Of a stretch of DNA of 51,082 bases, positions 1 to 5,889 are shown piece by piece. This stretch comes from a virus. The stretch covers positions 1 to 51,082 of the IMG/VR virus record IMGVR_UViG_3300045988_080243, one strand, 5' to 3'. The notes beneath the pieces are model-generated. The model had not been told where the DNA came from and did not search any database. It was given only the letters and a program-made list of their open reading frames with translations. Each line of letters begins with the position of its first letter. Position 1 is the stretch's first letter. The translations under genes were made by a program, and so were the position numbers.

Positions 1-55
1 CAGCTTCCGACAAGGCATAGTTCACCAGGCCCTTGTAGCCGTACTCATCCGACAA
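1..55. repeat. 55-bp exact direct repeat with 51028-51082 (end overlap of a circular contig)
   Basis: Bases 1-55 (cagcttccgacaagg...catccgacaa) are identical to the last 55 bases of the window. Confidence 0.95.
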
Positions 56-340
56 GGCAACCTGTCGCACTTCTTCAAGCTTGTCGATAGCTTCCTTTTC
101 ACCGACAACAGTGAGGAAGATGTCATCCTCAGTGGACGTCAGGCAACCGAAAACATGTGCAGTTCGCTCTAAAGCCTTGCCAATGATGTCTTCTGGATCA
201 GAAGAGCAGTACCTTATCTGAGCTGGGTGGGCCAGCTTGGCACCATATTCATCCCTCAGCACGTCATTAGCAAGGACATAATCAGCCCTACGAATGAACT
301 GCGCCGCCAATTCAACTGGATGCTTCACGATGCCCACCAC
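1..340 (-). CDS. Hypothetical protein, N-terminal part of a gene split by linearisation (continues at 51027 down to 50870)
   Basis: The minus-strand frame is open from 379 to 1 and is in phase with ORF 50870-51082. There is no ATG; candidate GTG starts are at 340, 337 and 328. The start is uncertain. Confidence 0.5.
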   Translation of the reverse strand, partial: MVGIVKHPVELAAQFIRRADYVLANDVLRDEYGAKLAHPAQIRYCSSDPEDIIGKALERTAHVFGCLTSTEDDIFLTVVGEKEAIDKLEEVRQVALSDEYGYKGLVNYALSEA

Positions 341-379
341 TCCACCAGATACACAATAGCGACAGCAGCCGCACCAACA

Positions 380-493
380 CTAGCCAGAACATCCGGCCAG
401 ATTTTTTGTGCCTGTGTTCGTTGACTTCCACCAGGCCAAGGCAGCCCATACAGCGCTAACAATCGACCAGATAATAATGTTGAAAACAATCAC
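380..493 (-). CDS. Possible 37-aa hydrophobic peptide
   Basis: GTG start overlaps the upstream stop (GTGA). Product is IVFNIIIWSIVSAVWAALAWW followed by a polar tail. Too short for the ORF track. Confidence 0.3.
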   Translation of the reverse strand: MIVFNIIIWSIVSAVWAALAWWKSTNTGTKNLAGCSG

Positions 494-735
494 GAAAAGC
501 CCCTTTCAACAGTAACTTGTTCATCAAGGGTGTCAACCGTAACCCTCAAAAAGTAAGCATATGGTTCTTCCCACATAGGAACCTCAATTTCAGCCTCAAA
601 AGTATTGCAATCATCCCAAGCCCACTCCAAAGTATCAATAAGCGTATTTCGGTGGTACTCTGGCAAATCAGGACAAAGGTCAACAATACCCTCTGGTGAA
701 AACTTAAGCCCTGGCATTTTTGGTTTAATAGCCAT
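490..735 (-). CDS. Hypothetical protein (81 aa)
   Basis: ATG ORF, co-oriented and tightly packed in the leftward early operon. Confidence 0.6.
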   Translation of the reverse strand: MAIKPKMPGLKFSPEGIVDLCPDLPEYHRNTLIDTLEWAWDDCNTFEAEIEVPMWEEPYAYFLRVTVDTLDEQVTVERGFS

Positions 736-740
736 GATGA

Positions 741-1091
741 TCAGTACCCCTTATGAACCAGATGGGTGTGGCCGAGATTGCGTAGGATATGAATGAACAT
801 CTCAGCATCATTCCTCACGGCCCCATAGCAGCTCATCCACTTATCTTCGCAGTGCATCCATTCGCCGCCACAAACAGCAATGACCATCCCCGAACGGGCC
901 TTCCACAAGTCATCAGGCGTAGTGATCGTAAACCCTGTAGCGTTACCGTCAATGTCCTTCAGCTCGACAGGTACCTTGTTGTCATGAGCAAGGTAATTGA
1001 TCCGGATTTCAAAAGACCTGTACACTTCATAGGCTTCATCACGCTTGTGAGCGAGATCAGTGTACTTGGTCAAAAGTTCTTCAATGTTCAT
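741..1091 (-). CDS. Hypothetical protein (116 aa)
   Basis: ATG ORF preceded by aaaaggagaacaac. Confidence 0.65.
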   Translation of the reverse strand: MNIEELLTKYTDLAHKRDEAYEVYRSFEIRINYLAHDNKVPVELKDIDGNATGFTITTPDDLWKARSGMVIAVCGGEWMHCEDKWMSCYGAVRNDAEMFIHILRNLGHTHLVHKGY

Positions 1092-1139
1092 GTTGTTCTC
1101 CTTTTTGTTGTGTTGGTTGGTTGGTTGATTGGTTGATTG

Positions 1140-1352
1140 TTAGCAGCTATAAACACGGTGGCCCGGATCGACAATCTCAAACGAGTATGTACGACACAGC
1201 TCACTGAAAGTGTCTTCACTGTAGTAGTTGCCCTTGTTATCCAACCAGTAGTAGGTCAGCTCACCAAGGATCAAGAAGAAGCTCTTGTTCAGCTTTTCGA
1301 CACGCACGCACGCGCCGCTGCTGAGCTTATTCAGGGCAATCACGCAATCCAT
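1140..1352 (-). CDS. Hypothetical protein (70 aa)
   Basis: ATG ORF in the leftward operon; overlaps the upstream gene end. Confidence 0.5.
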   Translation of the reverse strand: MDCVIALNKLSSGACVRVEKLNKSFFLILGELTYYWLDNKGNYYSEDTFSELCRTYSFEIVDPGHRVYSC

Positions 1353-1537
1353 AGGACACCCCGAATAAACAGCAAGACCCCAAAGGTGAGCATCGACAGC
1401 CCGGTGCAGCCAAGGAAAAAGCAGACAGCACCCGACGTGAAATCGTAGTCCCAGTTTTCATAAACAAAGGCAGCGCAAAGGACTGCAACAGCGACGCACA
1501 TCAGCCCTAGCAGGCAAAGGATAATACCAAGTACCAT
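1340..1537 (-). CDS. Small membrane protein (65 aa, two hydrophobic segments)
   Basis: Internal ATG at 1537 overlaps the upstream stop (ATGA). Sequence is MVLGIILCLLGLMCVAVAVL...FFLGCTGLSMLTFGVLLFI. Confidence 0.55.
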   Translation of the reverse strand: MVLGIILCLLGLMCVAVAVLCAAFVYENWDYDFTSGAVCFFLGCTGLSMLTFGVLLFIRGVLWIA

Positions 1538-1854
1538 CACAGCCCCCAGTAAATAATCTTCGGGAGGTTGGTGCGGGCACACATCATCTCAGCGAACTGC
1601 TCATGCGACAGCCGCATATTTGTGTACAGCACCCATGGCTTGTCATTCTTGTTGGTGACGGGCGCACGGAACGCCTCCATCTTGAAGTGGTTGTACCCAC
1701 TGTAATTAATAAGTGTCCCCGCTGGAATCTGCCTACTATCGAGGGTAATAATCTCACCGTTGGTGTTGATGCACGTGAACTCCGTGGACGACAGGGGCAA
1801 GCCGTCGTTGTCGGCAGCACACTCCAGCTCGGTGGGTGTGTCGTTGCAAGACAT
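1537..1854 (-). CDS. Hypothetical protein (105 aa)
   Basis: ATG ORF with SD aaaggagaaac upstream. Confidence 0.65.
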   Translation of the reverse strand: MSCNDTPTELECAADNDGLPLSSTEFTCINTNGEIITLDSRQIPAGTLINYSGYNHFKMEAFRAPVTNKNDKPWVLYTNMRLSHEQFAEMMCARTNLPKIIYWGL

Positions 1855-1870
1855 TGTTGTTTCTCCTTTG

Positions 1871-1912
1871 CGTTAGGCGTTAGGCGTTAGACGTTAGACG
1901 TTAGACGTTAGA
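1871..1912. repeat. Six tandem heptamers (CGTTAGG x2, CGTTAGA x4)
   Basis: Read directly. On the coding (minus) strand each unit carries TAA, so stops fall in all three frames. Confidence 0.95.
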
Positions 1913-2109
1913 CGCGAAGATGACATCGACAACCTGGTCCGGCTGCAAGATGTATTCCTCCATCTTTTCGATTGTGATGCTCTCACCCACTGCTCTTTGC
2001 TGTTAAACACCCATACGGTGCTAGTGGGCTTTCGCAAGAGGATGGTGGTGCCCAGATCAAGCAGGCGCTCGTATGCGATCCAACGGCCTGTTGAGATACA
2101 GAACTTCAT
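1894..2109 (-). CDS. Hypothetical protein, first gene of the leftward operon (frame of the C-terminus is questionable)
   Basis: ATG at 2109 with SD gaaaggagaaatc. The ORF track starts it at TTG 2166, which lies inside the promoter. Confidence 0.5.
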   Translation of the reverse strand: MKFCISTGRWIAYERLLDLGTTILLRKPTSTVWVFNSKEQWVRASQSKRWRNTSCSRTRLSMSSSRLTSNV

Positions 2110-2137
2110 GATTTCTCCTTTCGTTGTTGATGGTTTA

Positions 2138-2166
2138 AGTATAGAAGGGGAAGGGTCGTAGGTCAA
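2138..2166 (-). promoter_or_regulatory. Leftward sigma70/SigA-type promoter, TTGACC-N17-TATACT
   Basis: -35 at 2166-2161 and -10 at 2143-2138 on the minus strand, about 25 nt upstream of ATG 2109. Confidence 0.6.
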
Positions 2167-2422
2167 GAGGATACAATGTGACTTGATAGTCCCGAACGCA
2201 CGACAATAGTCCTAAATACACGGGCGGGTATGACACCCCCCCCCTCCTCCCGCCTCCTATAGCATATGATTTTCTTTTTGTCAAATCGGGGCTCCAAAAC
2301 CTGATGTGTCAAGTGATTCTCCCTGCCAGTGCCTCTCTAGCCTCGGACTAGATGCAAACCTACACCCGAACCACTTTCGTGACCCGGGTCACACAGTTCC
2401 CATCCCAACACTCACCCATAAC

Positions 2423-2505
2423 TTAGGTAAGCCTAACCTTACTAACGTGGCTCGCGCCACCTAACCTAACTTAGGTCTACCTAACTAAACTACCCACCAC
2501 CTAAC
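2423..2505. promoter_or_regulatory. Cluster of TTAGG/CCTAAC sites, including two TTAGG-N4-CCTAA palindromes
   Basis: Palindromes at 2423-2436 and 2471-2484. CCTAAC occurs at 2432, 2460, 2465, 2480 and 2500. The same half-site forms the heptamer array at 1871-1912 in the opposite orientation. Confidence 0.5.
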
Positions 2506-2610
2506 TTACCTTGCCCTTACCTCACCTCACCAACTTCAACAAACCAACACGAACTAGCAACAACCAACAACACGAGGCTCCCAGAAAATTGCTCTCGCGA
2601 AACACCCCCA

Positions 2611-2780
2611 TTTTTTATTACACACAAATAAATTTATTTACACACAATCATGAATTTATTAACACACAAACATCTACGTAAATATCTACGTAAATAAGAT
2701 GTTATTACAGACAAAGATATCTACTATTAATAATTTTATTTATATATAATCATTATTATTTATATATTAATAAAATTAAA
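2611..2780. other. AT-rich island with internal short repeats (candidate DNA unwinding element or origin)
   Basis: About 170 bp that is almost entirely A/T in an otherwise GC-balanced genome. It holds ACACACAA x3 about 20 bp apart, tandem ATCTACGTAAAT x2, and TTATTTATATAT x2. Confidence 0.4.
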
Positions 2781-2814
2781 TCCCGCATCAGCTGCGCTAC
2801 GCGCGCGAGGAAAA

Positions 2815-2846
2815 GCATAACTATGCATTCGGATGCATAGTTATGC
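2815..2846. promoter_or_regulatory. Perfect 14-bp inverted repeat GCATAACTATGCAT-tcgg-ATGCATAGTTATGC (operator-like)
   Basis: Read directly. Confidence 0.6.
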
Positions 2847-2959
2847 ATACCCTTGTTTTTCCTTGGTTTTCTCTCTGTTCTTTACCTTCTCTTTACTATT
2901 TCCTCTCTGGTTTTTTACCATTTCTTTTCTGGTTTTTACCTTCTCTTTACTGTTTGCCT

Positions 2960-2973
2960 GCATAACTATGCAT
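2960..2973. promoter_or_regulatory. Third copy of the GCATAACTATGCAT half-site
   Basis: Exact 14-mer match. Together with 2833-2846 it brackets a 113-bp polypyrimidine tract. Confidence 0.6.
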
Positions 2974-3015
2974 TCCCTCCCCATATTCAATTGTCCTGAC
3001 ATTTCACCTAAGCCG

Positions 3016-3081
3016 CTCTGAGCGACTTTTACCCCTATCCCTAGGCCAGGACACTACCCCCACCCTGAAAGTCGCTCAGAG
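3016..3081. repeat. 14-bp perfect inverted repeat CTCTGAGCGACTTT ... AAAGTCGCTCAGAG with a 38-nt spacer
   Basis: Read directly. Confidence 0.8.
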
Positions 3082-3270
3082 ACGCTTCTAGACCCCTTAA
3101 ACACCCCCTCCCACCTCAACGCACCCCGGCCTGTCGCCTCACCCTCGCACACACGCACGCGTATAGCACACCAAACCCAACCATGCAACTTAAGCAACAA
3201 AGCTATCCACATCGTGAGATGTCAAGACAACTAGACACACCCTGTCGAACATAAACTGCATCCACCAAAG

Positions 3271-3326
3271 TGTTACCTGTTTCACAGCATAAAAACCTTG
3301 ACTTTTTTCTTCCTTGTTGATAAACT
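3271..3326 (+). promoter_or_regulatory. Promoter P1: box TGTTAcctgttTCACA, TTGACT-N17-TAAACT
   Basis: Box 3271-3286, -35 at 3298-3303, -10 at 3321-3326. Confidence 0.5.
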
Positions 3327-3356
3327 GCCAGGGTCACCGCCCTGAGTATGTGTAGA

Positions 3357-3380
3357 ACACACACACACACACACACACAC
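3357..3380. repeat. (AC)12 dinucleotide microsatellite
   Basis: Read directly. It lies downstream of P1. Confidence 0.95.
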
Positions 3381-3486
3381 CGCGAGGATAATTAAAAGCC
3401 GAGGCCCACACCAGCCAGCTATTGACCCCGCCTGTCGAACATACCAGTTTACGGCTAGCTAACTCGCGTTAGTTGAGCTTTCGTGA

Positions 3487-3538
3487 CCCCGCCTGACGCA
3501 CACTAACCAAGGCCCCGCCTGACGCACACTAACCAAGG
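3487..3538. repeat. Two tandem 26-bp units CCCCGCCTGACGCACACTAACCAAGG
   Basis: Read directly. A degenerate third unit follows and runs into the P2 box. Confidence 0.9.
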
Positions 3539-3546
3539 CCCCATGA

Positions 3547-3601
3547 TGTGACGCAGAACACACATTATCAAGTTGACAGCCACCTAGCACCTTGCTAAGG
3601 T
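3547..3601 (+). promoter_or_regulatory. Promoter P2: box TGTGAcgcagaACACA, TTGACA-N17-TAAGGT, with CCTAGCA..TGCTAAGG palindrome in the spacer
   Basis: Box 3547-3562, -35 at 3573-3578, -10 at 3596-3601. Confidence 0.55.
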
Positions 3602-3607
3602 GGAGTC

Positions 3608-3889
3608 ATCGGCAAGGGAAACCCGGCCAGGACGCGAAAGCGACCGCCGAGACGGCCCCGGGCGAGTACCTGAGTCCGAACGATCTTTGTGAACTGAATT
3701 ACACACGGGGGCTTGGCTTGCATCCTAGCCGTGAACGTCAGCAGCGTTCACCGTCTGCCCGTGTCGGCTAGGATGCGAACGCGCCGAAACTTTACGTTCG
3801 GTCAGTAAAATAAGCGTGAGCGCATGCCTAGGGCCGTAGGATGCTTTGTCCTGACAAAGTTGCTAGTTCAATTCTAGCTCGGCTCACCA
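3608..3889 (+). ncRNA. Candidate structured non-coding leader or ncRNA downstream of P2
   Basis: No plausible ORF. Structure includes a CGC-GAAA-GCG tetraloop hairpin, a 12-bp stem GCATCCTAGCCG/CGGCTAGGATGC (3720-3775) enclosing GTGAACG/CGTTCAC, and a tRNA-like 3' module ending in CCA. Confidence 0.25.
3831..3889 (+). ncRNA. tRNA-like minihelix: acceptor stem, short hairpin, T-arm, discriminator A and CCA
   Basis: GGGCCG pairs with CGGCTC (one G-U pair). T-arm is GCTAG-TTCAATT-CTAGC and the 3' end is ACCA. There is no D-arm and no canonical anticodon loop. Confidence 0.4.
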
Positions 3890-3907
3890 AATTCTTGAAC
3901 AAACAAA

Positions 3908-3963
3908 TGTGACGCGGTTCACACGCTGTCAGCTTGACACGGCCCCCCAGGGGGCGATAGACT
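3908..3963 (+). promoter_or_regulatory. Promoter P3: box TGTGAcgcggtTCACA, TTGACA-N18-TAGACT
   Basis: Box 3908-3923, -35 at 3934-3939, -10 at 3958-3963. The spacer contains GCCCCC-ca-GGGGGC. Confidence 0.6.
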
Positions 3964-4004
3964 GTAGTCACAAGGTCAAACACTACACCGAAAGGTTACC
4001 TACC

Positions 4005-4229
4005 ATGCTCATGCTGTCCGACCCCACCACTAACCGCCTGCCCGTGCTGCCCCTGCCGTTCCCCGACTACGAGTGCCTTAAGCATTTCTTCGCTCACGTG
4101 CCCGGCTTCAACGCCTACGACGCCGCGAAGTGGGCACAGATTACCGAGCGCGCCGCCTACGGCGACCGTATGGCTCTCGCCCGCCTTGACGCGGCAGGGT
4201 TCGCCCTGATGGTCACCACGCGGCTCTGA
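4005..4229 (+). CDS. Hypothetical protein (74 aa), paralog of 5510-5743
   Basis: ATG at 4005 lies downstream of P3 with gaaagg upstream. The track start at 3909 lies upstream of the promoter. Shares VPG[FY]..[AV].AAK.A...GD......L..AGF.L with the paralog. Confidence 0.6.
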   Translation: MLMLSDPTTNRLPVLPLPFPDYECLKHFFAHVPGFNAYDAAKWAQITERAAYGDRMALARLDAAGFALMVTTRL

Positions 4230-4236
4230 CCCCCAC

Positions 4237-4263
4237 GCCCGGCCCCCTCGCCCGGGGCCGGGC
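4237..4263 (+). terminator. GC-rich hairpin GCCCGGCCCC/GGGGCCGGGC without a U-tract
   Basis: 10-bp perfect stem directly after the stop at 4229. Confidence 0.35.
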
Positions 4264-4295
4264 ACCCTCCCTCCCAACACACCCAAGGAACTACC

Positions 4296-4511
4296 ATGTT
4301 TCGCCTTACTGTTGACGATGAATCCCGTGCTATGTCCGCGTGGGCTAGCAAGACGGCCCTACACGTAGGCGTGGATGTGATCTACGCGCCGCGCTGGGCA
4401 ACACACGTCTGGCAAGCACCTGACGGGCACCTGTACTACGTGAACGAGTCTGACATTGCTCAGATGCCCCTGACTATCACACCTGAGTGCTTTAAGCAGC
4501 TCCACCGCTAA
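4296..4511 (+). CDS. Hypothetical protein (71 aa)
   Basis: ATG ORF, co-oriented. Confidence 0.6.
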   Translation: MFRLTVDDESRAMSAWASKTALHVGVDVIYAPRWATHVWQAPDGHLYYVNESDIAQMPLTITPECFKQLHR

Positions 4512-4513
4512 GC

Positions 4514-4569
4514 AGTGACACACATCACAACCTAACAAGTTGGCAACCGCCTAGCAGCGGTGCTAGGCT
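4514..4569 (+). promoter_or_regulatory. Promoter P4: box AGTGAcacacaTCACA, TTGGCA-N18-TAGGCT, with CCTAGCA-gcgg-TGCTAGG palindrome
   Basis: Box 4514-4529, -35 at 4540-4545, -10 at 4564-4569. Confidence 0.5.
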
Positions 4570-4606
4570 GAAAGCACAAACCAAACCACACACAGAAAGT
4601 GAAACA

Positions 4607-5083
4607 ATGCTCTACTACGACTACTTTGAGGTCACCAACGCTGTCCGAGCATTCGCGGGTGACTTCGACCTCACTGCATTGATTAACGTCCTGTTTGAGG
4701 AATTGCCCCCACACCCCGAGTATGGCACGCTTTTTATCGAGCGAGAGTACACCGACGAGGAGATTCAGGCGTGCGACGTGACCAACTGGGTTTCTGCCTA
4801 CGTACCCACCGACTCAGGTGAAATAATGCTTGCCGAGCGCTGGTTCACATCCCCCAACCATGGTCCCGTACACGTGGGCGCTTGGGTGGATGGGAGCGGC
4901 ACAGTGAGTCTTTCTCTCGCGACGGTTGAGCAAGGTGGGCTGTCGCCGTGGAACAGCGGCTGTCGTTTCATTGCGGACACGCTTAAGCCTGAAACATTGG
5001 GAGCATTTGACCGGGCCTACGGTTCTCGCAAAGCCTGGGAGTCCGACCTGGCTACTGTCGAAGCAATGATTAAGCACTCCTGA
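4607..5083 (+). CDS. Hypothetical protein (158 aa)
   Basis: ATG ORF preceded by cacacagaaagtgaaaca. Confidence 0.7.
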   Translation: MLYYDYFEVTNAVRAFAGDFDLTALINVLFEELPPHPEYGTLFIEREYTDEEIQACDVTNWVSAYVPTDSGEIMLAERWFTSPNHGPVHVGAWVDGSGTVSLSLATVEQGGLSPWNSGCRFIADTLKPETLGAFDRAYGSRKAWESDLATVEAMIKHS

Positions 5084-5188
5084 CTTCAACATCCCCGTAT
5101 CAATGGCGACAAAGCCCAGTTCGATCCTGGGACGGGGAACGATGCGCAAACAGCGCACACACACCAACAAACCGAAAGGCGAATTATC

Positions 5189-5452
5189 ATGGCACACACG
5201 TTCAAGACCGATCCCGACTGGGTTAAGGAAGCGCGCGGGGAAGCATGGCACCCCTCCCGGTTCGCCCGCTACGGGTCTGCGTACACCCGGCACACCCGGG
5301 ACCTGTCGAAGCGCATCCGCGCCCGTGAGCGCCGCGAGATGGACCGCATCATGCGGGACCTTGAAGCATGGGAGGGCTACGTCCCCACGGGTAACAGCGT
5401 GATTCGCGAGTTCGACACCGCTACCAACGCTCACGCCTGGTTCGGGTACTAG
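5189..5452 (+). CDS. Hypothetical protein (87 aa, basic)
   Basis: ATG ORF preceded by cgaaaggcgaa. Confidence 0.6.
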   Translation: MAHTFKTDPDWVKEARGEAWHPSRFARYGSAYTRHTRDLSKRIRARERREMDRIMRDLEAWEGYVPTGNSVIREFDTATNAHAWFGY

Positions 5453-5465
5453 GCAACAAACCAAC

Positions 5466-5489
5466 GGGACGGGCCTAACGGCCCGTCCC
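5466..5489 (+). terminator. Hairpin GGGACGGGCC-taac-GGCCCGTCCC
   Basis: 10-bp perfect stem with a tetraloop after the stop at 5452. No U-tract. Confidence 0.35.
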
Positions 5490-5509
5490 CACACAGAAAG
5501 ACTGAAACA

Positions 5510-5743
5510 ATGGCATACCGCACGTGTACAATAACCGACCACGTTTTGTACAATTTCGAGACGTTTCCCGTTTACAATGGTGTAGTTGATCATAAGTCGC
5601 TTTGCCGTTGGTTTGGGAGCGTCCCCGGCTACGACGTGGTTAAGGCCGCGAAAATGGCTATTGCCGTCAATCTTGTTATCCTGGGGGATGCAAAGCAGAT
5701 GCGCGTGCTCACTAAGGCTGGATTCAGCCTAACGTTCCACTAA
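5510..5743 (+). CDS. Hypothetical protein (77 aa), paralog of 4005-4229
   Basis: ATG ORF preceded by cacacagaaagactgaaaca. Confidence 0.6.
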   Translation: MAYRTCTITDHVLYNFETFPVYNGVVDHKSLCRWFGSVPGYDVVKAAKMAIAVNLVILGDAKQMRVLTKAGFSLTFH

Positions 5744-5757
5744 CAGAAAGAGTGACC

Positions 5758-5871
5758 ATGGACAACCAGATTACCGAAAAACAGTACGTGCAAGCTAGCG
5801 TATTCATCGCTGCTTTCGACTTGCAGACGCTTGTTATGGAAACGAGTGCGCTTGTTGAAGCCGTGAAGTAA
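5758..5871 (+). CDS. Small hypothetical protein (37 aa)
   Basis: ATG preceded by cagaaagagtgacc. Below the ORF-track size cutoff. Confidence 0.4.
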   Translation: MDNQITEKQYVQASVFIAAFDLQTLVMETSALVEAVK

Positions 5872-5889
5872 TGGGGGACAGTTTATCAA

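Noticed and set aside
227-424. Plus-strand ORF 227-424 near the window start.
   Set aside because: It lies opposite the junction-spanning minus-strand gene and the small membrane ORF, has no SD, and disagrees in orientation with the whole leftward operon.
2833-3021. 62-aa ORF in the control region (FSLVFSLFFTFSLLFPLWFF...).
   Set aside because: It is a translation of the polypyrimidine direct-repeat tract. It has no SD, its composition is extremely low in complexity, and it is bracketed by operator-like palindromes. I treated it as non-coding.
3487-3538. CRISPR-like array.
   Set aside because: There are only two directly abutting 26-bp units plus a degenerate third, with no spacers between them and no cas genes.
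3608-3889. Phage-encoded tmRNA.
   Set aside because: The 3' end has a T-arm and ACCA. But no 5' sequence pairs with TCGGCTC as a 7-bp acceptor (only GGGCCG at 3831 does). There is no G3:U70 Ala identity pair, and no plausible tag reading frame ending in Ala-Ala-stop. The length is also short for a one-piece tmRNA.
3909-4004. Upstream extension of ORF 3909-4229.
   Set aside because: The extension spans the P3 box and its -35 and -10 elements. An ATG at 4005 with gaaagg upstream lies just downstream of the predicted start site.
4814-5593. Long antisense ORFs. The minus-strand ones are 4814-5593, 15298-16206 and 19110-20252. The plus-strand ones are 28886-30169, 33977-35107 and 44602-45813.
   Set aside because: Each lies entirely opposite a well-supported gene (early genes, primase, DNA polymerase, tape measure, capsid, surface protein). 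Their products are Arg/Ser/Leu-rich and low in complexity, and they lack SD sequences. They look like stop-poor shadow frames caused by the codon bias of the sense gene.
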